A stretch of DNA of 26,015 nucleotides from Burkholderiales bacterium. GTDB lineage: Bacteria; Pseudomonadota; Gammaproteobacteria; Burkholderiales; Burkholderiaceae_C. The notes beneath the pieces are model-generated. The model searched no databases. It was not told where the DNA came from and saw only the letters and a list, made by a program, of their open reading frames with translations. Positions 1 through 7,882 of this stretch are shown one piece after another (positions within the stretch are counted from its first letter, which is position 1; every line of letters begins with the position of its first letter). Position numbers and translations under genes: made by a program. The DNA lies in NCBI GenBank assembly GCA_011390055.1, contig JAABTC010000001.1, forward strand, positions 1-26,015, written 5' to 3'.

Positions 1-30
1 ACGCGCGGCGCGTGCAGACAAGGCGAGCGT

Positions 31-1005
31 TCACCGCCCCTGCTGCTCCATCAGCAGATAGGTGTTGTACGCGTTGATGCGGTTGGCCGCACGGAACAGC
101 GGCAGCGCCTGGAAACGCGACCAATCGGCCTTGGCATAGGCTTCCTCGAACGGCTCGAGGTTGCGCGCCGCCTCGCCCATCGTCTGCCGCAGATGGAGCA
201 GGTAGTCGCGCGTCAGGGCCAGATCCTCGCGCGGCGTTCGCGACACGGGGCCGTGGCCGGGGATCAGCATTCGAGGCGCGAACTCGATCAGGCGGTCGAG
301 CGACTCGATCCACTGGCGGCTGTCGGCCTGGCCGACGAACGGGATGCGGCCGCGAAACACCAGGTCGCCCGCGAACAGCGCGCCCGACTTCGGCAGGAAC
401 ACCACCAGGTCTTCCGGCGTGTGCGCAGGCCCCACGTGGCGGATGCGGAACTCCTGGCCGCCCAGCCGCAAGACGGTGTCTGACCGATCGAGCCAGCGAT
501 CCGCCGGCACCAGTCGCGTGCGTTCATCGATCCACGGGAACAGTTCCTCGCGGCTGGACTCCAGGCGTCGCGCCGCGGTGTCGGAGTTCAGGTATTCGCG
601 CCCCGAGGGGTGCGCGATGATCGTCGCACCCACGGCCTTGAAGGCCTGCAAGCCATAGATGTGGTCGGCGTGGTAGTGCGTCACGATCACATGGCGGATA
701 GGCTGGGACGTCACGCGACGGATTTCGGCAATCAGTTCCCGGGCCAAAGTGGGCGAACCGAGCGCATCGATGACCACGACGCCGGCCTGGGTGACGACGA
801 ACCCGGCGTTCGAAATGAAATTCCGGTTGGCCGCCGACCCCAGCGCTGCTTCGCCTTGAACGAACCAGACATCGCGCGCAACCTCGGTGGCCTTCACGGG
901 CGAGGCGGCAACCCCCGACGTGGCGAAGGCAAGCCCACACACGACAAGCAGGCCGATCAGCGCGCTGCGCCGGCTCGCAGCGGCGAAGACCCTGGCCAGG
1001 CGCAT
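31..1005 (-). CDS. Exported metallo-beta-lactamase-fold hydrolase, SoxH/SoxG-like (about 324 aa)
   Basis: Intact metal motif THYHADH, later HTPED and PGHG motifs, and an N-terminal signal peptide (MRLARVFAAASRRSALIGLLVVCGLAFA). Start moved to ATG 1005, just past the stop of the upstream gene at 1010. Confidence 0.85.
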   Translation of the reverse strand: MRLARVFAAASRRSALIGLLVVCGLAFATSGVAASPVKATEVARDVWFVQGEAALGSAANRNFISNAGFVVTQAGVVVIDALGSPTLARELIAEIRRVTSQPIRHVIVTHYHADHIYGLQAFKAVGATIIAHPSGREYLNSDTAARRLESSREELFPWIDERTRLVPADRWLDRSDTVLRLGGQEFRIRHVGPAHTPEDLVVFLPKSGALFAGDLVFRGRIPFVGQADSRQWIESLDRLIEFAPRMLIPGHGPVSRTPREDLALTRDYLLHLRQTMGEAARNLEPFEEAYAKADWSRFQALPLFRAANRINAYNTYLLMEQQGR

Positions 1006-1009
1006 CGCG

Positions 1010-1423
1010 CTACGGCTTGATGTACGCAAAGCCCTGCTTCTGCAGCTTGGCGATCCGCACCACGCCGGAGGGTGTGAACTCGGCCTCCTGAACGAACTGC
1101 TCCTTCTTCAGGTTCCGGTTGCGCAACGTGATCTCGCAGATCTCGAACTTGACGCCACGCGCCACCAGCGCCGCCACCGGACCGGCATACGTGCTGCCGT
1201 TGGCATCCTTGGCACCTTCCATCAGGAAGTCGACGCCGTCGGCGTGCGTCACCACGGTGACCTTGGCGGCCGGATCGACGTCGAGGTGGTTGCGGATGTT
1301 GCGCAGCCCCTTGAGCCCCTGGTTGGCCGCATGGTCGATGTGATAGATGACGGTGTCCTTAGCCGTTGCGGTTACGGACAGCAGCGCGAAGGCGGCGCCG
1401 AGAATCCAGTGCTTGGTTTGCAT
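1010..1423 (-). CDS. Exported DsrE/DsrF-like family protein (137 aa)
   Basis: Sec-type signal peptide, motifs VVTHADGVDFL and GVKFEICEITL (single Cys), C-terminal GFAYIKP, and RBS AGGAGA upstream. Confidence 0.85.
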   Translation of the reverse strand: MQTKHWILGAAFALLSVTATAKDTVIYHIDHAANQGLKGLRNIRNHLDVDPAAKVTVVTHADGVDFLMEGAKDANGSTYAGPVAALVARGVKFEICEITLRNRNLKKEQFVQEAEFTPSGVVRIAKLQKQGFAYIKP

Positions 1424-1497
1424 GAGGTCTCCTGTTGAGGTTCATCGATTGGAATGTACGAGGCTGCGGGCTGCCATAGAGAAAACTGCTCAGGCGG

Positions 1498-2454
1498 CTA
1501 TTCGCGCTCGATCTCGAGGTAGGTGCGGCTGGCGTTGCCAGGATGCAGCTCGGCGCTGTTGGCAAGGCCGCGCCAAGGCGCGAGGTCGAAGCTTTTGATG
1601 GCGGCGCTGACATCGACGCCGTCGTCGACCGCGCGCTTCATGTGCGCGCGCAATGCCCGCAGGTAGCGCGTGGTCTGCTCGGTGGCCGTTCCCACGTCCG
1701 TGACGCGCCCATGGCCGGGCACGATGCGGCTGGGCGACAGCGCGGCAAGCTCATCAAGGCTTGCCACCCAGGCCAGCGTGCTCGACACGGGGATCACGCC
1801 GAGCAGGCGGTCCACGTAGACCAGATCCCCCGAGAACAGCACGCGCGACTGCGGCAGCCAGACCAGCAGGTCGCCCGGCGTGTGGCCACCACCGCGGTGT
1901 TTGAGCTCGAAACGCACGCCGCCCAGCTCAAGCGCCGTGTCGCGTCCGCTCAGCCAGCGCGTGGCCAGCGCGGGCTCGGTCCCGTCGGCCTTGGCGCCCA
2001 GCACGCTGCGCAGCGCCGCGAGCTGGTCGCCACCGCGGTTGGCCATGTCGGCGCGCCCGCTTTCGTGGGCGATGATTTCCGCACCCTGCGCCTTGAAGTA
2101 GCCATTGCCCAGCCAGCGATGGTCCTGGCCGCCGGTGTTGAAAACCCACTTCACCGGCTGCATGGTCACGCGCTGGACGGCCCGATGGATATCGCGTGCG
2201 CTGCTCCAGGTCGCGCCCGGGTCGATCAACACCGCACCGTCGGCCGTGACCACGAGGCCGATGTTGGCATTGAGCCCTTCATTCAGTGCCGTGCGCGCCC
2301 CGGTCTCGCCGACATGGGCGAACACACCGTCGGCCACGCGCTCGAAACGCACCTCCACCGCGAACACCGGCAACGCGGCCAGCACCGTCAGCAGGCTGGC
2401 CACCAGCAGGTCGCGCAACCACGACGGGGGTGCGGCGGAGAACCGGTGCGCCAT
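1498..2454 (-). CDS. Second exported MBL-fold protein, SoxH-like, with a degenerate metal motif (about 318 aa)
   Basis: NANIGLVV, NTGGQDHRWLGN in place of HxHxDH, GHTPGD, VLFSGDLV and PGHG. Start moved to ATG 2454 (MAHRF...), where a signal peptide begins 5 nt after the soxB stop. Confidence 0.85.
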   Translation of the reverse strand: MAHRFSAAPPSWLRDLLVASLLTVLAALPVFAVEVRFERVADGVFAHVGETGARTALNEGLNANIGLVVTADGAVLIDPGATWSSARDIHRAVQRVTMQPVKWVFNTGGQDHRWLGNGYFKAQGAEIIAHESGRADMANRGGDQLAALRSVLGAKADGTEPALATRWLSGRDTALELGGVRFELKHRGGGHTPGDLLVWLPQSRVLFSGDLVYVDRLLGVIPVSSTLAWVASLDELAALSPSRIVPGHGRVTDVGTATEQTTRYLRALRAHMKRAVDDGVDVSAAIKSFDLAPWRGLANSAELHPGNASRTYLEIERE

Positions 2455-2459
2455 GGCTC

Positions 2460-4199
2460 TCACGCGCTCGCGATGCCCGGGTTGCCCGCCACGCCGACAA
2501 GCTTGGGCGTGTTGACCTTGCGCGTCTTCACGCGTCCGCCCTGCGACTTGAGCCAGGCTTCCACATGCTCCCAAACCGGCTTCACGCCGGGCATCGTCCG
2601 CGCCTCTTCAGCCACCGGCGCCCAGCCAGCCACCTTGTACTTCTTCGCGGCCTCGATCGGTCGGCCGCCCAGGCGCATGTCGCCGATGCGCGAGCCCATT
2701 TTCTCGCCCGGTGTGCAGGTGTAAGTCAGGCCACCGACGCGCACCATGTCGCCGCCCTGCTGGTAGTACGGGTCGGGGTTGAAAAGGTTGTCAGCCACGT
2801 CTTCGAGCACCGTCTTGATGAACTCACCCGTCATCTCGCTGACGGTGGCGTAGGGATAGGTGATGGCGAGCTGGTCCATCAGCAACTCGCGCGTGATGGC
2901 CTGCCCCGGCAACAGCGTGGTGCCCCAGCGGAAACCAGGCGAAAAGGCGATCTGCGCGCCCTGCGTGTCCATCAACGCATCGCAGATCAACTGGTCCCAA
3001 CTGCCATTGAAGTTGCCGCGGCGATAGAGCAGGCCTTCGGTCACCGCCAGCTTCTCGGCCAGCTTGGTTTCGTAGGGAGCGCGAACCTTGGCGATCAGCG
3101 CGGCCATGTCGGCGTCGGCCTGCAACTGGTTGGCAAACACCGGCAACAGGCGGTAGCGGAAGTCTGCCACCTTGCCACCCTTGACGTCGAAGTCCAGCAC
3201 GCCGAGGAACTTGCCATTGCTGCCGGCGTTGGTGACCAGGGTCGTGCCGCCCGCGTTCCTGACCGGCACCGCCACCGGCACGCCGTCGTGCGTGTGGCCG
3301 CCCAGGATGGCGTCGATGCCGCGCACGCGCGAGGCCATCTTCAAGTCGACGTCCATGCCGTTGTGCGACAGCAGCACGACCACCTGCGCGCCCTTGGCCC
3401 GCGCCTCGTCGACCACCTTCTGCAGGTTGTCGTCCTGGATGCCGAAGCTCCAGTCGGCGACCAGGTAGCGCGGGTTGGCGATCGGGGTGTAGGGGAAGGC
3501 CTGGCCGACGATCGCACAGGGCACGCCGTTGATCTCGCGCATCACGTAGGGTTTGAACACCGCGTCGCCGAAGTCCTGCGTCTTGACGTTCTGCGCGATG
3601 AACTCGATCTTGCCCTTGAAGTCGTTGTCGACGATCTGCTTGACGCGCTCCATGCCGTAGGTGAACTCCCAGTGGCCTGTCATCACGTCCACGCCGAGCA
3701 GCTTGGCGGCGTCCACCATGTCCTGCGCGTCGGTCCACAGCGACGTGGCCGAGCCCTGCCAGGTGTCGCCGCCGTCCAGCAGCAAGGCGCCCGGACGGCT
3801 GGCCTTCATCTGCTTGACCAGCGTGGCCAGGTGGGCAAAACCACCCACCTTGCCGTAACGGCGAGCGGCACGCTCGAAGTCGAGGTAGGTGTAGCCGTGC
3901 GCCATCGGCGTGCCGGGCGGGATGCCGGCGCGCTTCAGCAGGTGCTCGCCGACCAGGTGCGGCAGCTGCCCGTTCATGTCCGCCACGCCGAGGTTCACGC
4001 TCGGTTCACGGAAGTGGATCGGCTTCAATTGCGCATGGCAGTCCGTCATGTGCAGGAAGGCGACGTTGCCGAACGGAGGAATGTCGTACAGGCCTTTCTG
4101 CGCCGTCGCGGCATCGGCCTCGGACCAGCGGGCCAGACCCATGCCGGCGACGCCGGCCGCGCCGAGCATCTGGACGAATTCGCGCTTCGATAGATTCAT
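2460..4199 (-). CDS. soxB: SoxB thiosulfohydrolase (579 aa)
   Basis: Tat-like leader SKREF, 5'-nucleotidase-family metal motifs (HMTDCHAQ, LDGGDTWQG, MTGHWEF, LSHNG, GGHTHD), and SoxB-typical NPDPYYQQGGDMVR. Confidence 0.97.
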   Translation of the reverse strand: MNLSKREFVQMLGAAGVAGMGLARWSEADAATAQKGLYDIPPFGNVAFLHMTDCHAQLKPIHFREPSVNLGVADMNGQLPHLVGEHLLKRAGIPPGTPMAHGYTYLDFERAARRYGKVGGFAHLATLVKQMKASRPGALLLDGGDTWQGSATSLWTDAQDMVDAAKLLGVDVMTGHWEFTYGMERVKQIVDNDFKGKIEFIAQNVKTQDFGDAVFKPYVMREINGVPCAIVGQAFPYTPIANPRYLVADWSFGIQDDNLQKVVDEARAKGAQVVVLLSHNGMDVDLKMASRVRGIDAILGGHTHDGVPVAVPVRNAGGTTLVTNAGSNGKFLGVLDFDVKGGKVADFRYRLLPVFANQLQADADMAALIAKVRAPYETKLAEKLAVTEGLLYRRGNFNGSWDQLICDALMDTQGAQIAFSPGFRWGTTLLPGQAITRELLMDQLAITYPYATVSEMTGEFIKTVLEDVADNLFNPDPYYQQGGDMVRVGGLTYTCTPGEKMGSRIGDMRLGGRPIEAAKKYKVAGWAPVAEEARTMPGVKPVWEHVEAWLKSQGGRVKTRKVNTPKLVGVAGNPGIASA

Positions 4200-4229
4200 G
4201 TTTCAGCAATCAACGATATGAGATGGTCG

Positions 4230-4254
4230 AAAAAGCCCGCGCGGAGGCGGGCTT
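4230..4254 (-). terminator. Intrinsic-terminator-like hairpin between soxX and soxB
   Basis: On the minus strand AAGCCCGC-(6 nt)-GCGGGCTT is a perfect 8-bp stem whose 3' arm runs into a T5 tract, about 20 nt after the soxX stop. Confidence 0.65.
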
Positions 4255-4273
4255 CGTGCCGTATCGGGTTCGC

Positions 4274-4924
4274 CTACTGGTTGACGGGCGACTTCGGGTC
4301 CAGCAAGAGTGCCATGAGGTCCTTGAGCTGCTTCTCGTCGAGCATGCCCGCATGGCCGAAGCGCGGCATGCCTGAGCATGCGTTGAAGGCCTTGGCGTTG
4401 TACAGCTTGCCCCAGGTGTACTCGACGATCGGCTTGCTCGCCGCGCTTTGCGGATCGGCCACGCCGCGCAACTTGCCGTAGTTGTACAGACTCGGGCCAA
4501 TGGTGCCGTAGGAGATCTCGGCCTTGCTGAGCTGGTGGCAGTTGTAGCAGTTGCCGCCGTTGGCGCTGGTCGCTGCCGACGCGTCGGTCCAGGTCATGCC
4601 GCGGCCATTCTGGGCCAGGCGCTCGCCGGCTTGCCAGTCGCCGATGAACTTGCCGTCAGACGGCAGCTTGACGGTCTTCAGGTTCTCGGCCTCGATGGCC
4701 TTGGTGCGCGCTTCGGCGAGCGGCTTGCCCTCGGAGGCTGAGCACTCGGCATTCGAAGCGTCCTGGTTCAGCCGATCGACCTTGGCGATGCCCTGGTCGC
4801 GGAACGAGGCCTTGATCATCTCGGCGAAGCGTGCGTCGTGGTTCGGCGACGCCGACATCGACGCACATCCAGCCAACGCGGCGAGCGCCGCTCCGAATGC
4901 CGAGGCTGTGAGCTTTCGATTCAT
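4274..4924 (-). CDS. soxX: SoxX monoheme cytochrome c (about 216 aa)
   Basis: GGNCYNCHQ heme motif, GTIGPSL, CSGMPRFG, and a lipoprotein-like leader (LAGC). Start moved to ATG 4924 behind an AAGGGGA RBS. Confidence 0.95.
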   Translation of the reverse strand: MNRKLTASAFGAALAALAGCASMSASPNHDARFAEMIKASFRDQGIAKVDRLNQDASNAECSASEGKPLAEARTKAIEAENLKTVKLPSDGKFIGDWQAGERLAQNGRGMTWTDASAATSANGGNCYNCHQLSKAEISYGTIGPSLYNYGKLRGVADPQSAASKPIVEYTWGKLYNAKAFNACSGMPRFGHAGMLDEKQLKDLMALLLDPKSPVNQ

Positions 4925-4934
4925 GCTGTCCCCT

Positions 4935-5747
4935 TCAGCGCTTGATCGCGGGTGCGATCGATTCGGCACCCTTGGCATTGACGCCCATGTACACGCCGAG
5001 CGCGATGGTCACGTCCGATGCATAGCCCGGGTACGGAAAGCGCTGCTGCCGGTAGCAATCGTTGAGCCGCCGCTGCATGCTCCACAACTCGCCACTGCTC
5101 ACGCGGTAGGCCGGCCAGGCGGCAAAGCCGATGCCGTTGCCCGGGTTCTTGGTCAGGTCCGGCAAGTCCTGCAGACGGATGCGCTTGCCCTCTTCGGAGT
5201 GGCATGACGCACAAGAGAAGTCATAGGGGCCGGCGCGCATGAAGAAGGCACGGCGGCCCATCTCGAGCATCGTCTTTTCCTCCGCATGCCCCTGCGGCAG
5301 GTTGAACTTCTGGCCGCGAGACTCGGCTGAAATCCAGGCCACCAGCGCTTCCATGTTCTGTTGCTCGCCGCGGCCGAAGGGCATCTTGGCAATCTCGGCG
5401 GCGTTGAGCCCCTGGAGCGATTCCATGCAGGTCAACAGGCGCGACTCCAGGTCCTGCACCCGCTTGGTGTCGGCGAACCAGCGCGGCAGCTCGACGAAGA
5501 CGCCCTTGACCTGGCCCGGGCCCTTGCCCAAATCACATCGCTCGAGCGACGCGTTCTTCGGGCCGCGCTTGCTCTTCCACAGGTTCTCGCCCTTGGCCTC
5601 GAAGAGTTCGGCGGGGTTGCCGTCTTCAAGCATCTTGCGGTACTCGGCGATGCCGTCGGCCGTCGACTTCTGCTGCGACTGCACGGGCAGCGCGACCGCG
5701 CTAACGGCGGCGGCGAGCGCCAGAAGCGATATTCGAACGCGGTTCAT
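4935..5747 (-). CDS. soxA: SoxA, monoheme-type L-cysteine S-thiosulfotransferase subunit (about 270 aa)
   Basis: A single CASCH, active-site RLNDCYRQQR, WPAYR, and two extra N-domain Cys (ERCDL, LTCME) as in monoheme SoxA. Start moved to ATG 5747 behind GAGGAG. Confidence 0.95.
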   Translation of the reverse strand: MNRVRISLLALAAAVSAVALPVQSQQKSTADGIAEYRKMLEDGNPAELFEAKGENLWKSKRGPKNASLERCDLGKGPGQVKGVFVELPRWFADTKRVQDLESRLLTCMESLQGLNAAEIAKMPFGRGEQQNMEALVAWISAESRGQKFNLPQGHAEEKTMLEMGRRAFFMRAGPYDFSCASCHSEEGKRIRLQDLPDLTKNPGNGIGFAAWPAYRVSSGELWSMQRRLNDCYRQQRFPYPGYASDVTIALGVYMGVNAKGAESIAPAIKR

Positions 5748-5826
5748 TCGTCTCCTCGGTGTCGTGATGCCAGATCGTTGATCGCGAAAGCGCAAGACGG
5801 CCTCATCGGCGGCCTGCCCGCGACTC

Positions 5827-6138
5827 TCAGGAGACCGTCGCTTCGTCGGTCCGCTTGTCACCCTTGTTGTCCACCCAGGACACGGTGATCTTGTCGCCCG
5901 CCTTCGCGCCCTTGACGTTGAACTGGAGGAAAGGATTCTTCGAGACTGCCGGGCCCCACTGCGCCGTCATCACGGTCTTGCCGTTGTGCTGCGCGGTCAC
6001 GTCCTGGATATGCCAGGCCGGAATCACCTTGCCGGAAGCGTCCTTGCGCTGGCCGGTTTCCATCTCGTGGGCCATCAGCACCCGCACGGTGGCCTTGTCG
6101 CCTGCAACTTGAGCGCGAATGCGCATCGGATCTGCCAT
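5827..6138 (-). CDS. soxZ: SoxZ sulfur carrier subunit (103 aa)
   Basis: MADPMRIRA, HEMETGQRKD and WGPAVSKNPF motifs; AAGGAG RBS. Confidence 0.97.
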   Translation of the reverse strand: MADPMRIRAQVAGDKATVRVLMAHEMETGQRKDASGKVIPAWHIQDVTAQHNGKTVMTAQWGPAVSKNPFLQFNVKGAKAGDKITVSWVDNKGDKRTDEATVS

Positions 6139-6184
6139 GTTGATCTCCTTGATCGTTTGCCGATCGAATCGAATACGTGAATGC

Positions 6185-6655
6185 TCAGCCGCCGCAGCCG
6201 CCGAGCGTGACCTTGACTTCCTTCTTCGCGAAGAGAACCTTGCCGTCGTTCATCATCGCCACGGCATAGACGTCGGACGACTGGCCCATCTTGACGCGCG
6301 TCGAGACGTTCGCTTCGATGGCATCGGTCACGTCGAACATGGCCGTCAACATGGCGGGGTTCTTCTCGACCAGAATCAGCAGGCGCTTCACGCCAGCCAA
6401 CGACGTTGCCGCGCCCACTGGGACGACGGCGCCGTTCTCAGCAATATCCGGTCCGGTCACGGTCACATCCTTGCTCTCGACCGGCGCGCCGCCGCCAAGG
6501 GACTTCATCAGTTCGGCCATGGTCTTGGCATTGAACGCGGCGGTGTTGAAGGTGCCGGCCGCCTGGGCCTGCGCCAGTCCGGGCAACAGGCCCACGGCAG
6601 CCAGCAGGCTTGCGACATGGGCCGAACGGGAAAGCATCTGTCGACGGGATTGCAT
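6185..6655 (-). CDS. soxY: SoxY sulfur carrier (about 156 aa)
   Basis: Tat leader (SRRQML), PDIAENGAVVP, and C-terminal swinging arm VTLGGCGG. Start moved to ATG 6655 behind AAGGAG. Confidence 0.98.
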   Translation of the reverse strand: MQSRRQMLSRSAHVASLLAAVGLLPGLAQAQAAGTFNTAAFNAKTMAELMKSLGGGAPVESKDVTVTGPDIAENGAVVPVGAATSLAGVKRLLILVEKNPAMLTAMFDVTDAIEANVSTRVKMGQSSDVYAVAMMNDGKVLFAKKEVKVTLGGCGG

Positions 6656-6748
6656 AGGGGTCTCCTTGATCAAAACATGTTAGTCCACAACGTGAGTTCG
6701 GACATTCAGATGACTCCGTACTCCATTTGGGTAGTCAGGGCGTACGCC

Positions 6749-7882
6749 CTAGTTCTTGGCACCATCGACCAGCCACTGGGCGATGGCCTTGGCGTCGGCT
6801 TCGCCGAGCGTCTGTGGTGGCATCGGAATCTGGCCCCAGACACCCGCGCTGCCATTCTTGATCTTGCCGGCAAGGTAGCCCACGCCATCGGCCTGCCCAG
6901 CGTACTTCTTGGCGACCTCGCGAAAGCCCGGCCCGACGATCTTGTTGTCGATGCCGTGGCACGCTACGCAGGTGTATTTTTGGGTCAACGCGATGGCCGC
7001 AGCGTTGCTGTTGCTGGCTTCGGGCTTGGCTGCGGGAGCAGGCGCCGGCGCAGCCGATGGCTTGGGCGCTGCGCCTTTCGGGGCCGCTGCAGGCGCCGGT
7101 TTGCTGGTGTCGGCGCCGTGCTGCGCGCCGACCGCCCGGTTCTGCTCCGACAGGTTGCCATGCGCGTCCCGCGCGAAGTCGGGCAGGAACGACGCCAGCG
7201 TCGGTACCGGTCCGCAGTCCTTCATGCACGCCACGGCCTTGACGTCGGGTGGGCGCTGGCCCATGCCGGCACCCGGCCAGAGCGCGTGCTCGGTCGTCAT
7301 GCCATGGCGGTTGGGCAGCAGCTTTTGCACCTCGGCGATGTTCTTGTCGGACAGCACGAAGTTGTCCGGCAGCACCTCGCCCATGTTGAGGATGTACGCG
7401 GTGACGGCATACACCTCCTCGGTGCTCAACGACTTGGGCTGCGTCCACGGCATCGCGCGGTTGATGTAGTCCCACAGCGTCGACACCGTGGACAGCTTCA
7501 TCAAGGTCGTGCGGCCAGGGAACGACGGATCGTTCAAGCGCGCCACGCGGCCGGTCTTCACGTCGTCCTTCGTGGTGCCGCCGACCATCGGGCTGAAGAC
7601 TTCGTTGCTCTCGCCGAAGATGCCGTGACAGGACGAGCACTTGCTCTCCCAGACCTCCATGCCCTTGGCCACCGAACCGGAGCCCTTGGGCAGACCCTTG
7701 AAGTCGGGCCGCACGTCGATGTCCCAGGACTTGATCTCCTTGGCGGTGGCCGGCCGGCCGACGCTCGGATAGGCCGCGGTCTGCGCCTGAGCAACGCCGG
7801 CCATCAAAATCAGCATCGCGGCGAATGCGATGGGGCCGACCCAGACGGCCCAGGCGTCGATGCGATCACGAGAGCTGGACAT
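6749..7882 (-). CDS. soxD: SoxD diheme cytochrome c subunit of sulfane dehydrogenase (377 aa)
   Basis: WDIDVRPD, heme motifs CSSCH and CVACH, WDYINRAMP, an Ala/Pro/Lys linker before a c551-like C-terminal domain, and overlap with the soxC stop. Confidence 0.95.
   Translation of the reverse strand: MSSSRDRIDAWAVWVGPIAFAAMLILMAGVAQAQTAAYPSVGRPATAKEIKSWDIDVRPDFKGLPKGSGSVAKGMEVWESKCSSCHGIFGESNEVFSPMVGGTTKDDVKTGRVARLNDPSFPGRTTLMKLSTVSTLWDYINRAMPWTQPKSLSTEEVYAVTAYILNMGEVLPDNFVLSDKNIAEVQKLLPNRHGMTTEHALWPGAGMGQRPPDVKAVACMKDCGPVPTLASFLPDFARDAHGNLSEQNRAVGAQHGADTSKPAPAAAPKGAAPKPSAAPAPAPAAKPEASNSNAAAIALTQKYTCVACHGIDNKIVGPGFREVAKKYAGQADGVGYLAGKIKNGSAGVWGQIPMPPQTLGEADAKAIAQWLVDGAKN

Noticed and set aside
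1-34. Possible GTG start overlapping the stop at 31-33 (MNARLVCTRRA...), perhaps the next exported sox-associated gene
   Set aside because: Only 11 codons are visible, which is not enough to call.
2286-4193. 635-aa plus-strand ORF (also 1543-2724, 6119-8059, 7830-9353, 10803-12239, 12071-13315)
   Set aside because: Antisense shadows of well-supported genes, expected in high-GC DNA. No recognisable motifs.
5748-5826. soxZ-soxA gap as a possible small RNA or repeat
   Set aside because: Only 4-bp stems (GGCC, GATC) and no similarity to the dsrJ element.
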